A DNA stretch of 32,000 nucleotides from Candidatus Kuenenia stuttgartensis (GCF_900232105.1 NZ_LT934425.1:4140001-4172000); one strand, 5' to 3'. Positions 9,336 through 19,540 are shown, numbered from the stretch's first letter. The notes: a model not told the origin generated them from the letters alone. Numbers and translations: made by a program.

Positions 9336-10257
9336 TTTGGCTGGCAAGGACGTAGACAAAGACATCCTCAAGTGATGGTTCAATGGTACGGATACCTGTG
9401 ATTCTTACTCCGGCAGTGTTCAGTATTTTTTCTGTTTCCTTTGTGTCCGTATCAGGATTTTTTGTCACTATGTGTATTTTGTCTCCGAAAAGGCCGACTG
9501 AATCTACTTTTAATTTTTCACGCAACAGGAGACTGGCTTTCCTGGAATCAGAAGTGCGGATCTCAATTACGGACATGTGCATCAATTTTTTCACTTCTGC
9601 GGGGGTACCGATACTAAGCAGCTTTCCTTTGTGAATAAGTCCTATCCTTGTGCATCTTTCCGCCTCATCCAGGTAGGCCGTGGACACAAAGATGGTTACT
9701 TTTTTTCTCAAAAGCTGGTACAGAATTCTCCAGAAATCACGGCGTGACAACGGATCTACGCCATTTGTAGGTTCATCCAGAAAGAGAACTTTGGGTGTAT
9801 GAATAAGTGCACAGGCAAGTCCAAGCTTTTGTTTCATGCCACCCGAAAGGTTACCGGCGAGTCGTTTCCTAAACGGCGTGAGATTGCTGAATTCCAGAAG
9901 TTCTTCAATTTTTTCCTTCCTTCCCTTTCGGGGAACACTGTAAATATCTGCATAGAAATTTATGTTTTCTATTACTGAGAGGTCGGGGTATAGACCAAAC
10001 CTCTGACTCATATAACCAATCTCCTCTTTAATCAATTCGGCATCTTTTACTGTATGTTTCCCGGCAATCCATGCAGCGCCGGAAGTTGGTTCCATGATAG
10101 ATGTGAGAAGTCGCATAACAGTGGTCTTTCCTGCACCATCAGGACCAACAAGACCAAATATTTCTCCTTCGGCAACTTTTAGTGTAAGATTGTCTACGGC
10201 TTTCAGATTATTAAACAATTTTGTTAAATTTTCAGTTCTTATGGTATCCGTAATCAT
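9328..10257 (-). CDS. ABC transporter ATP-binding protein (first ATPase of the operon)
   Basis: Walker A GPDGAGKTT, signature LSGGMKQKL, Walker B VLFLDEPTNGVD and H-loop STAYLDE. Confidence 0.9.
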   Translation of the reverse strand: MITDTIRTENLTKLFNNLKAVDNLTLKVAEGEIFGLVGPDGAGKTTVMRLLTSIMEPTSGAAWIAGKHTVKDAELIKEEIGYMSQRFGLYPDLSVIENINFYADIYSVPRKGRKEKIEELLEFSNLTPFRKRLAGNLSGGMKQKLGLACALIHTPKVLFLDEPTNGVDPLSRRDFWRILYQLLRKKVTIFVSTAYLDEAERCTRIGLIHKGKLLSIGTPAEVKKLMHMSVIEIRTSDSRKASLLLREKLKVDSVGLFGDKIHIVTKNPDTDTKETEKILNTAGVRITGIRTIEPSLEDVFVYVLASQNE

Positions 10258-10262
10258 ATTTC

Positions 10263-11273
10263 TTATTCTGTTTTCAACAGTATTTTCCCATCCGCAGGCA
10301 TGCCTGGCTTGAGTTCCATTTCCGGATTATAAACCACTATTTTAATGCGATAAACGAGTTTTACCCGTTCTTCTTTTGTTTGGACGTTCTTGGGAGTAAA
10401 CTCAGCCTCTGAAGCTATGAAGGAAACATGGCCTTCATAAATCTTTTCAGGATATGTATCCGTTGTGATGTGTACTTTTTGACCAACTTTAATCCTTCCC
10501 AGATCCGTTTCGTTTATATATGCCCTAAGCCAGATATCATTCAGGTTGCCAATGATTACAACAGGTGTGCCGGGAGATACGTATTCACCCGGTTCTACGT
10601 TTTTGGACAGGACAATACCGGAAATCGATGATTTAATGGTTGTGTATCCCAGCCGTGTTTTCGCCAATCTCAGTGCCGCTCTAGTCCGCTGCAGATCTGC
10701 CCTTGCCTTATCAATTTTTTCCTTGCGAGGCCCTTTTTTAAAGAGTACGAGTCTTTTATTAACCTCACGATACCTTGCTTCTTCCGCATCATAATCCGCT
10801 TTTGCAGCATCAAATTCACTTGTAGAAATTATTTTTTCTGCATATAGCCTTTCCTGACGTTTATAATCAGCAGCAAGCCGGTCTAAATCAACCCTTGTTC
10901 TTCTGACTACCGCCTCCCACTCCTCGATTTCCTCAGTTCTGTAACCGGTTTCCAGCTCTTCAAAGACGGCCCTGGCAGCATTTACTTCTGCTCTGTAAAG
11001 TAAAACTTCCTGTGCTAATTCAGTACTCTCCAATCTGGCAATTATCTGACCAGCACTAACTGTTTCTCCCTCATCAACCAGTCGTTCTTCGACCCAGCCG
11101 GAGATTCTAAAACTCACAGCAACATCAGTAACCTCAATATTCCCTGACACGTCAATTTCGTCTTTAACCCTGCCCATCCAGCTCTCAGCATACAAATAAA
11201 TTACAATCCCTATTACAATTGGTAACAGCATCAATAGCACTATTTTCTTTTTGACTTTCATTAAAACACTCAA
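10263..11273 (-). CDS. HlyD-family membrane fusion / periplasmic adaptor protein (YbhG-like)
   Basis: N-terminal TM anchor, then a lipoyl-like motif (SGWVEERLVDEGETVSAGQIIARLE), a long coiled-coil and a beta-barrel C-terminus. It is the first gene of the ABC operon. Confidence 0.85.
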   Translation of the reverse strand: MSVLMKVKKKIVLLMLLPIVIGIVIYLYAESWMGRVKDEIDVSGNIEVTDVAVSFRISGWVEERLVDEGETVSAGQIIARLESTELAQEVLLYRAEVNAARAVFEELETGYRTEEIEEWEAVVRRTRVDLDRLAADYKRQERLYAEKIISTSEFDAAKADYDAEEARYREVNKRLVLFKKGPRKEKIDKARADLQRTRAALRLAKTRLGYTTIKSSISGIVLSKNVEPGEYVSPGTPVVIIGNLNDIWLRAYINETDLGRIKVGQKVHITTDTYPEKIYEGHVSFIASEAEFTPKNVQTKEERVKLVYRIKIVVYNPEMELKPGMPADGKILLKTE

Positions 11274-11813
11274 TTAAATAATTTTTTGGAATCGGATATA
11301 TTCAATATGTTTATCACTACAGTGACATTTTATTCTTAAGTCCTGATTGTAAAATCCTGATTTCAAACTATGTCCCCCGCTGGCGGGGGTGCAGGGGGTG
11401 GACCGGATTTCTCCAGCAATTCAACTACCCCTTTATTATGAAAACAAATTTGCCCCTCTTTCCCACGCTCCGCAGACTGGGTCAAAAGGACAATTTTATC
11501 CTGTTTCGCAACATGCATTTCCACGCAGAGCGTAGGAATGAGAAGAAAAACTTATGGCTATTCATGTTATAAGCCTCCCAGATTCCCTACGCAGACAATT
11601 CCACCCCCTTAATCCCCCGCCAGCGGTGAACAGGCTTGTCACATCCCTTGCAGCTTTCATGCCCTTGTGGGGTTGTTCCGGGTACATTCCCGGTTTTTTG
11701 TGACTTCTGCCATGTTTTAATGAAACGTACAACAGTATTAACCCCTGGCAGTGTTGTTTTGCCCCAATCACATAAACGGTTACAAAAAATCGGGAATGCT
11801 CCTATCCTGATCG

Positions 11814-12047
11814 CTAAAGGGGAAAAGGGACAACGACAATATCCCCTTTATTATAGTTGTCATATATTGTATCCTCTTCGTTATCCCAAATTTTTTGAAA
11901 TGCTGAAGCGGATAAATCCTGAGAAGCTTTTATAAGGATATTTTTTTCTCTTTTACTTTCTAAAAATTGGATAAAGTCAAAAACTTCTGAGAGAAGATTT
12001 TCCGGGAGTTTATCGATCTCCCTTTTTATCATTTCTTTTACCGTCAT
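11814..12047 (-). CDS. Putative DUF2281-like antitoxin ORF reading into a decayed MazF/PemK-like toxin gene
   Basis: The N-terminus KREIDKLPENLLSEVFDFIQFLESK resembles DUF2281-type antitoxins. The last residues, KGDIVVVPFP, are the typical MazF/PemK N-terminal signature. Downstream (11813 to ~11650), only out-of-frame toxin-like fragments remain (FSDQ..., TLPGVNTVVRFIKTWQK). Confidence 0.45.
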   Translation of the reverse strand: MTVKEMIKREIDKLPENLLSEVFDFIQFLESKREKNILIKASQDLSASAFQKIWDNEEDTIYDNYNKGDIVVVPFPL

Positions 12048-12160
12048 TTTTCGTCACATCCGCTTCAATAATATTGTTATTTTGCCAGACTCTATTTATT
12101 GGATAAATTTTATCACAGAATTGCTACAATTATACCTGATTTTGATAATTATAATAGACT

Positions 12161-12427
12161 TCACCAAGATACCACGCCTTTAACAACCTTAATTTCTTCT
12201 GCTAATCCATACAGCCTATACACAATTTCATCTATTAATTCATCCGTTGCTTTAATTCTGGTTTTTAACGGTTCGAGGATTGGCAGGCTTTCAGCAAATT
12301 GCCTTTCCAGCAGTTCCTGCTTCTTTCGGTCTGATGGGTTTATGGATACCTTGTTTTTGTTCTTCCTGAGGACTTCGAGGAGTTGATTGAAGTCGTGTTC
12401 GTGATATTCCTTTTCTATAACAACCTT
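12161..12427 (-). pseudogene. C-terminal fragment of a type IIG/Eco57I-like restriction-modification enzyme
   Basis: Startless open frame ending ...KATDELIDEIVYRLYGLAEEIKVVKGVVSW*. The IDxxVYxLYGLxEEEIxxV tail is characteristic of the C-terminus of these fused RM proteins. No N-terminal body is present. Confidence 0.5.
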
Positions 12428-12638
12428 TTAAATTCATAAACGGATAAATGTGCTTGTTTAATGATGTGAGACAGAGTAAACCTTTTGATAGGATTGTGCG
12501 TTGGGACTGTGAGTTTTAGTGTTCTTTCTGCCGTATGCTTTTTTGCAGACGTATATGACTGTCTTTTTGCCGGACAATTACCCATCCATCACGATGTAAA
12601 GCTTTAACACCGATTTTCACACACACATAAACCATCAT
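12415..12638 (-). pseudogene. hicA: HicA-like mRNA-interferase toxin gene, frameshifted, 5' end replaced by an IS terminus
   Basis: Frame 1 reads MMVYVCVKIGVKALHRDGWVIVRQKDSHIRLQK and stops at 12516-12518. After a 1-nt shift in the A6 run (plus-strand T6, 12540-12545) it continues HTAERTLKLTVPTHNPIKRFTLSHIIKQAHLSVYEFKRLL*, the HicA pattern (GW...RQxGSH...TVPxH...IxKQAxL). The first 11 codons lie inside the IR of the IS at 12607. Confidence 0.55.
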
Positions 12639-14791
12639 AATACACCCCTTAAAGTCGTCTGTGTTTGAAGGCTGCAGAGCGATGAATTTATTTTGCCCTT
12701 ACCTTGTAAACTTATATTACAAAATAGTCTATGCCTTGTATTTCATTACTTGCCTGTTAGTAGTAACAAATTACATTTTTAAATCAGGGCATTTTTGCAT
12801 TATTCGGGAATTTCAGCAAATTTTGGGATTTTAGGGTGATAATATGATGAACAAAATGCTTGATTGATGATTATAAGTGTGCTACAATTCTGAATATTAA
12901 CCAATTAGCAAGCGCAAATACCTCTCAAATAGAAGGTATTTGACGGTATTATCAGTATTCAGCAAGAATATTACAAATGCATAATCATCATAATAACACC
13001 CTAATACATGGCAAACTTAATCTAGTTTCATATTTCAATAATCCTGTTTCACAAAGACAAAAACAATATGAAGCAGTAAGGGCCATTGTAATTGACAAAC
13101 AGGCAGTTGAGACTGTAGCAACAAAATTTGGTTACAAGCCAGGCACGGTTTATTCTTTAATGAGAGACGTTAATGCAGGGAAAATAGAACTTTTCCCTAT
13201 CGTGCGAAAGGGCCCTAAAAAGAAAAGGACTACTTGTGATGTTCAGGATAAAATTATCAAATACAGGAAACAGGGACTATCGACAACCGACATCCATAGC
13301 CGCCTTGCGGAAGAGGAGATCAATATATCTGCAATCACAGTAGAACGTATTCTGAAAACCGCAGGGTTCGGCAAACTAAAACGCAGAACGAATAATGAAC
13401 TTGGAAAAACTCTTAAAAACAAAATCATACCGGAACGTTCGGAACACCTGGATTTTGAGATACTCGAATATCTTAATGTGGATTGCCCCACGGCCGGGGT
13501 TTTCTTTTTTATCCCTTATATCATAGAATCCGGTATCCTTGATTTGTTGCAGGAATGTAAGTTGCCTGAATCAAGCGATATTGGATCGACGCAAGCCTGT
13601 CTTTCCATGTTACTGCTGAAATTAATAGGCGAGAGGAGGCTGACCCATATTTGTGCTTATGACCAGGAACCTGGCTTTGGAGTTTTTGCCGGATTAAACG
13701 TTCTTCCGAAGCCTACATACATGAACACCTATTCATGCCGTTGCTCTGAAACTCAGTTGATGAATTTGCAAAGCAAAGTTGTTTCGCTTTTCAGGAAAAA
13801 GTATCCGGACTTTTATAGTAGCGACTATATAAATCTTGATTTTCACTCGATCCCGCATTATGGGGATGAATCCGAAATGGAAAAGATCTGGTGTGGGTCT
13901 AAGGGTAAGACCATGAAAGGCGCTAATACCATCATTGCGTCTGATAGTAAAAGCAATGCAGTTTTATATACAAGAGCTGATATACTACGGCGCGAAGAGT
14001 CGCAAGAGGTTAAAAAGTTTGTAAGTTACTGGAAAAATATAAAAGGCAATGTTAGCGAAACACTTGTTTTTGATTGCAAGTTTACGGCTTACAATATCCT
14101 TGACGATCTTGAAAATGACAAGGTAAAGTTCATAACGCTTCGTAAACGTTATGCCGGCCTTGTGAAGGAAACATTGGTACTTCCAAAGGAGGTATGGAAA
14201 AAAGTTTATATTCCGGTTCCAAAGCGAAAGTATAAAAACGTCTCAGTTTATGAAAGCGAAGTCAGGCTTAAAGATTGTAAAAACATTTTCAGGCAAATAG
14301 TGGTGAAAGATCACGGACGGGAGAACCCTACATTTATTTTAACCAATAGCAAAGAGCTGTCCTTACAAAGGGTATTGGAAGTTTACGCTAAACGATGGCG
14401 GATAGAAAACAAAATAGCCGAACTGGTAATGTTTTTCAATCTGAACTCTCTGTCTTCACCTATTATGATCCGTATTCATTTTGACATTCTATGGACAATG
14501 ATTGCTGATACCCTGTATCATCGATTCGCATGCGACCTGAGACGTTTTGAAAATAATCTTGCCCCTGCAATATTCAGGAAGTTTATTGATATGCCGGGGA
14601 GGGTCGTTTATGACGGTGGTAAGTTTTTTGTGAAAATAAGAAAAAGAGCACATACTCCGGTTTTGATGGAAGTAAAAAAATTACAAACTCCATTCGCTGT
14701 TCCATGGCTTGGAGGAAAATCTATTGAAATTGTCTGGACGGCATGATTAGGGTGTTTTTATGATGGTTTTCATGCCTGTGAAAATCGGTGT
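12607..14791 (+). mobile_element. Unclassified DDE insertion sequence (called IS-B here), ~2.19 kb, apparently intact
   Basis: About 45-bp imperfect terminal IRs. The left end is ACACCGATTTTCACACACACATAAACCATCATAATACACCC (from 12607). The reverse complement of the right end is ACACCGATTTTCACAGGCATGAAAACCATCATAAAAACACCC (ending 14791). It has a single long transposase ORF. At most a 3-bp TTA direct repeat flanks it. Confidence 0.8.
12977..14746 (+). CDS. DDE transposase of IS-B (IS4-superfamily-like; family not assignable by eye)
   Basis: 589 aa with an N-terminal HTH region. Candidate catalytic residues are INLDFHSIPHYG, LVFDCKF and YAKRWRIENKIAEL (YxxRxxxE signature). It is homologous in architecture to the split ORFs at 16103-17409. 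Confidence 0.85.
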   Translation: MHNHHNNTLIHGKLNLVSYFNNPVSQRQKQYEAVRAIVIDKQAVETVATKFGYKPGTVYSLMRDVNAGKIELFPIVRKGPKKKRTTCDVQDKIIKYRKQGLSTTDIHSRLAEEEINISAITVERILKTAGFGKLKRRTNNELGKTLKNKIIPERSEHLDFEILEYLNVDCPTAGVFFFIPYIIESGILDLLQECKLPESSDIGSTQACLSMLLLKLIGERRLTHICAYDQEPGFGVFAGLNVLPKPTYMNTYSCRCSETQLMNLQSKVVSLFRKKYPDFYSSDYINLDFHSIPHYGDESEMEKIWCGSKGKTMKGANTIIASDSKSNAVLYTRADILRREESQEVKKFVSYWKNIKGNVSETLVFDCKFTAYNILDDLENDKVKFITLRKRYAGLVKETLVLPKEVWKKVYIPVPKRKYKNVSVYESEVRLKDCKNIFRQIVVKDHGRENPTFILTNSKELSLQRVLEVYAKRWRIENKIAELVMFFNLNSLSSPIMIRIHFDILWTMIADTLYHRFACDLRRFENNLAPAIFRKFIDMPGRVVYDGGKFFVKIRKRAHTPVLMEVKKLQTPFAVPWLGGKSIEIVWTA

Positions 14792-14797
14792 TTAAAA

Positions 14798-15849
14798 GAT
14801 GCGGAATTTCTTGACGAATTATTGCAGCAAATCCCTGAACATCGCATGCCCAGAGGCGTTCGCCACAGGAAACGTTCTATCCTGGCAATTTCTATCTGTG
14901 CTATCATCTGCAATGCCTGGAGCTTTGCCGCCATTGCAGAGTGGGCAAAGCGTTGTCCGCAAAATATGCTAAAACGTCTCTCCTGCCGTTATAATACAAA
15001 AACGAAACGATACGAACCACCGAGTGAACCTACCATCAGGCGTTTCTTACAGCAGGTGGATGCAGAAGCAGTTGATAAAGTCCTCTCGCGTTGGTTTCAA
15101 TCTGTAGGTGATAAAAGCCTGCCCATTGCGGTTGACGGGAAAACCCTTTGCGGTGCAAGACAGCCTGACGGCAAACAGGTACATTTGCTTGCCGCTTTTC
15201 TTCATAAACAGGGTATAGTTCTCGCACAAACTCAGGTAGACCGCAAAACAAACGAAATACCGATGGTTCCGGTATTGTTTGATGATTTAGACATAAAAGA
15301 CCGTGTCGTTACTTTCGATGCCTTACATGCGCAAAAGGAAACCGCCCGTTATCTGGTAGAAGACAAAAAGGCAGAATATATATTCACGGTGAAAGATAAT
15401 CAAAAAACCATAAAACAAGCCATCTAGGAACTGAATCTCAGTTCTTTTCCCCCCCTCAGCACGAAACAATTGAAAAAGGCCATGGCCGCATTGAAATCCG
15501 CAGGATTTGGACCAGCACCGAATTAAACGAATAACTTGATTTCCCCTACGTTAAGCAGGTATTTTGCATTCATAGAATATTTACAAAAGTCAAGACCGGC
15601 AAAAAGACCGAGGAAATTGTTTACGGTATTACCAGCCTGACACAACAAAAAGCAAGTCCCAAAACCATTCTTAAGTTTTCCCGCGGACACTGGTCAATAG
15701 AAAATGGACTTCATTATGTGCGTGATACCTCCTTCCGTGAAGACCATTCTCAAATACGCACACAAAATGCCCCAAGGGCAATGGCTTCTTTGAAGAACCT
15801 TGTGGTTGGGCTGTTTCATTTTCTCAATGTACCAAATATTACCGAGTAG
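14798..15849 (+). pseudogene. ISAs1-family transposase pseudogene (5'-truncated, nonsense plus frameshift)
   Basis: The ISAs1 pattern is present: FLDELLQQIPEHRMPRGVRHRKRSILAISICAIICN ... EKGHGRIEIRRIW ... SRGHWSIENGLHYVRDTSFREDHSQIR. There is no start codon (IS-B abuts at 14791). Defects are an in-frame TAG at 15425-15427, a frameshift in the C-run around 15449-15455, and an in-frame TAA in ELNE*LDF. Confidence 0.8.
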
Positions 15850-16102
15850 AAAACAGGCGCATTGCTAAACGTTTGAAACCTCTTTCATACTGAAGCGGAG
15901 GTATTTACTCAATCTCTTTTTAGTATGTTTCCTGTTCCCTCTCTAAAATTCCTTACGGTCAGAACCCAGGAAGTGCCTTTTTGGTCAAAAAGCATGTAAG
16001 CTATTGAATTGTGTAGAGATAGGTGTATATAGAGAGAAGGCATTGCCATACGTGGGTGGAAAATGATATGATCCCTTTTTTTCGGAGAAAGGGCGGGTAC
16101 TC

Positions 16103-16603
16103 ATGCCACAGTTAGTATTACCCCTATTTTCCCCTGACTGCAAACTGATAAATAATCAGGTAGGTTTTGAGAAAATAGGTAGCAAGATATATTATTTTCA
16201 CGGAAGACTTCCTGTGTTTAGTCATGAGGAAGACGACCTGGAATCATTTCGGTTCATCACCAGTCAATTAGTAGTCGGCGGTAATGTCAAGCAACAACAA
16301 ATAGTGAAGGCCTTCGGTGTTTCGGCAATAAGTGTTAAGCGTAGTGTAAAGCGGCTAAGAGAACATGGGCCTAAGGGATTTTTCCGTCAGTCAGCGCGAA
16401 CAAGGTCAGCCCATGTGCTTACGCCAGAGGTAAAAGCGAAGGTGCAAAAGTGCCTGGAAAGAGGGCAGAGTGTTTCAGAAACAGGTAAGAAGTTCAATAT
16501 CAAATCAAGTACGATTCACAAGGCAATCCAAAGCGGTCAGTTAGAGAAAAAAAAACGGCAGAAAGCGCTCCGGAGCAAAGAAACAAAAGTGAGCGTGCCG
16601 TAA
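16103..16603 (+). CDS. IS-C transposase, N-terminal HTH part (orfA)
   Basis: Two HTH-like segments (IVKAFGVSAISVKRSVKRLREHG; QSVSETGKKFNIKSSTIHKAIQSG). It ends shortly after an A9 run (16547-16555), where a -1 shift joins it to the downstream frame. Confidence 0.6.
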   Translation: MPQLVLPLFSPDCKLINNQVGFEKIGSKIYYFHGRLPVFSHEEDDLESFRFITSQLVVGGNVKQQQIVKAFGVSAISVKRSVKRLREHGPKGFFRQSARTRSAHVLTPEVKAKVQKCLERGQSVSETGKKFNIKSSTIHKAIQSGQLEKKKRQKALRSKETKVSVP

Positions 16604-16620
16604 CCGATAGTCGTGCTGGT

Positions 16621-17409
16621 ATGGGTCTTGGATGTACACGGGAACAAGAACGTGTAGAAGCCGCATTAGGTGGGCTTAATGAGGCAGTTCCGGCATTTGT
16701 TCCCGATCAGGACGTCAAATCGGCAGGGGTATTGTTTGCACTGCCGGCATTATTATTAAATGGTTTGCTAAAGTATGCAAACAACTATCTCTCATTTCCC
16801 AAAGGGTACTATGGATTACAATCGTTTCTGCTGCTACTGTCGTTTGCAGCCCTCTTAAGGATCAAATCACTGGAGGCAATTCGCTATTGTGAAGCTGGGG
16901 AATTGGGCAAGGCAATCGGGTTAGACCGTATACCTGAAATACGAACACTGCGCAAAAAAGTGAAATATATAACAAACCATGGCGAACCTGAGCAGTGGAG
17001 CAAAGAGTTATCAAAATACTGGATGGAAGAGGATCCGGAATTGGCCTGGATCCTTTACGTGGACGGCCATGTACGGGTATATAGCGGAAGCAAGACACCG
17101 TTACCGAAGCGGTATGTATCGAGGCAAAAGCTATGTTTAAGGGGTTTAACCGACTATTGGGTAAATGATGCAGTAGGTAAGCCATTTTTCGTGGTAAGCA
17201 AAGCGGTAAATCCCGGCTTGCTTTCGGTAATGAGAGAACAGATCATACCCCGGTTGCTCCGAGACATACCAAAGCAGCCTACCGGGGAAGAATTAAAAGC
17301 CAATCGTCATCTCTATCGCTTTGGTGTAGTATTTGACCGTGAGGGTTACAGTCCTGAGTTTTTCAAAGAAATGTGGGAGAAACGCATAGCGTGTTATACC
17401 TACAAAAAG
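16621..17409 (+). pseudogene. IS-C transposase, catalytic part (orfB), interrupted by IS66 insertion
   Basis: ILYVDGHVRVYSG and VVFDREGYSPEFF correspond to the first two acidic motifs of the IS-B transposase. The frame is open upstream to at least 16531. After in-silico removal of 17410-24331 it continues ...CYTYKK|YVNDVWPESEFIEKEVV. Confidence 0.65.
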
Positions 17410-17679
17410 GTAACTATTCAGCGAAAATAATTTAGAATTTACTTGACAGCAGAAATGTTACAAACAAGCAATTTACCTGGTAGTGTATGTATATGTTTGT
17501 AAATGCGTTAAAAACAGGCAGCAAGATGCCGTGCATAGAGACGTGTGTGGGGTCTGTTCAGTTATAGAATTTCGAGCCCTTGTGGTGTGTTATAGAGCGA
17601 AAGAAAAGGGTGAAAAAACCTGCAGTATAATAGATGCAGTAGATAATTTCAGGCTAATTATATATACAGGTATCATCCA

Positions 17680-18333
17680 TTGACGATAGAGAATATAGAC
17701 GTAGACGCAACACTCCAAAAAGTAGAGAAGCTGCTTTCAGAAGAGAAAGGGCTGTCACCGGCGGTGAGGTCAATGATAGAGTTGTTGGTATTATTGATAA
17801 CACTGCTGGTAGGACGTCTGAACCGGAACAGCCGCAACAGCAGCAAGCCTCCCTCAAGCGATCCGAATCGCAAGAAAGAAAGCAAGGCGAAGGGTGAAAG
17901 GAAGGCAGGCGGGCAAAAGGGCCGTGATGGAGTAACGCTCAAAAAGGTAGACAATCCTGATGAGGTGGAAGTAATAAAAGTAGACCGGAGGAAGTATCCG
18001 CGCAGCAAATACAAGGTGGTAGGTTACGAAGCACGCCAGGTGTTTGATATAAAGATTTCGCGTGTAGTGACGGAGTATCGTGCAGAGGTAGTAGAGGATG
18101 CGAAAGGGAATCGGATTGTAGCGTCATTTCCGGAAGGGGTAACAAAGGCGGTGCAGTATGGTCCGGATTTGAAAGCACATGCAGTCTATATGTCGCAGTA
18201 TCAATTGATACCCTACAAGAGGATACAGGAGTATTTTGAAGGGCAGATTGGGATACCGCTGAGTGAAGGTTCTATTTACAACTTTAACAGGGAAGCCTAC
18301 GAGTCATTGGAACCCTTCGATGTGAGAGCCAGG
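17680..18333 (+). pseudogene. IS66-family transposase, N-terminal half (split by transposon insertion)
   Basis: Leucine-zipper-like start and the IS66 signature NSRNSSKPPSSD. It ends ...LEPFDVRAR at the CCAGG target duplication. It has a TTG start. Confidence 0.85.
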
Positions 18334-18436
18334 TGCTAAGCCCCATAAGCGCTAACTTGTTTTATTGACAAATTTTATTCATCATGGTATTTTTATGTTA
18401 ATTATCCCGCTAATCACTCTATAGGAGGATAAAGCC

Positions 18437-19540
18437 ATGATGAGAGAAGATTGGGATCTTCTAAGAACTTTCTTCCCAAACGATTGGAAAAGTTTAGCCG
18501 TTGATACAAATGCTTTAAAAGGCTTGCGCAAGGATAAATCTGAAGAAAAGCTTCTTCGAACATTATTAATTCATTTAGGATGTGGCTATTCATTGCGTGA
18601 AACAGTAGTTCGAGCCAAGCGTGCTAACTTAGCAGATTTATCCGATGTTGCCTTATTAAAGCGATTAAAAAAGAGCAAAGAATGGCTATATAAATTATGT
18701 TTATCTTTATTCCGTGAGCGTGGCCTCCAAATTAATAAACGGAATAATTTTCATCTTCGCTTATTTGATGCAACAACAGTAAAGGAACCTGGGAAAACAG
18801 GAAGTCTTTGGCGCATTCATTATAGTATTGAGGTTCCTTCATTATCTTGCGATTTCTTTAAACTTACGGGAACTGAAGGAGAAGGCACAGGAGAATCTTT
18901 TCGGCAGTTTCCGATGAAAAAAGATGATTATATTATAGCTGACAGAGGTTACTGTACTGGCCAAGGAATTCATCATGCAACAAGGAAAGGCGCTTATCTT
19001 AGCGTTAGAGTTAATTCGCAATCTCTACGGATATTCGGCGAAGAAAAGAAACCCTTTCCTTTATTGAAAGAAATCCAATATTTAAAAAGACCCCTTGCTA
19101 TAAAATCATGGAACGTTTTTATTCCAAACGTTGATAATACTGAATATGTCAAAGGTCGTCTTTGTATAATACACAAAACAGAAGAAGCCATTAAAATAGC
19201 TCATAAAAAACTTAAAAGACATGCAAGCAAAAAGGGCATTGAACTAAAACCGGAGACCCTTATTTATGCCAAGTACGTAATAGTATTCACAACGTTTCCT
19301 GAAAATCAATTTACCGCTTTTGATATCTTAGAATGGTATCGAGTTCGATGGCAAATTGAACTGGTCTTTAAAAGATTTAAACAAATAGCACAATTTGGAC
19401 ACTTACCTAAATACGATGATGATAGCTCAAAAGCTTGGCTTTATGGCAAACTATTCGTTGCTCTTTTGACAGAAAAACTAATAGATTTTGCTACGTCTTT
19501 TTCCCCCTGGGGATACTTCATTGTCAAGCAAGAAGACTAA
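18437..19540 (+). CDS. IS4-superfamily DDE transposase (intact copy)
   Basis: 367 aa. It has the YREK-type signature YRVRWQIELVFKRFK and acidic motifs in LRLFDATT and IIADRGY. GGAGG lies 7 nt upstream of the ATG. Confidence 0.9.
   Translation: MMREDWDLLRTFFPNDWKSLAVDTNALKGLRKDKSEEKLLRTLLIHLGCGYSLRETVVRAKRANLADLSDVALLKRLKKSKEWLYKLCLSLFRERGLQINKRNNFHLRLFDATTVKEPGKTGSLWRIHYSIEVPSLSCDFFKLTGTEGEGTGESFRQFPMKKDDYIIADRGYCTGQGIHHATRKGAYLSVRVNSQSLRIFGEEKKPFPLLKEIQYLKRPLAIKSWNVFIPNVDNTEYVKGRLCIIHKTEEAIKIAHKKLKRHASKKGIELKPETLIYAKYVIVFTTFPENQFTAFDILEWYRVRWQIELVFKRFKQIAQFGHLPKYDDDSSKAWLYGKLFVALLTEKLIDFATSFSPWGYFIVKQED

Noticed and set aside
12099-12386. 95-aa plus-strand ORF.
   Set aside because: It is antisense to the RM-enzyme C-terminal fragment, whose YxLYGLxEEI tail is recognisable. 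The plus frame has no motif.
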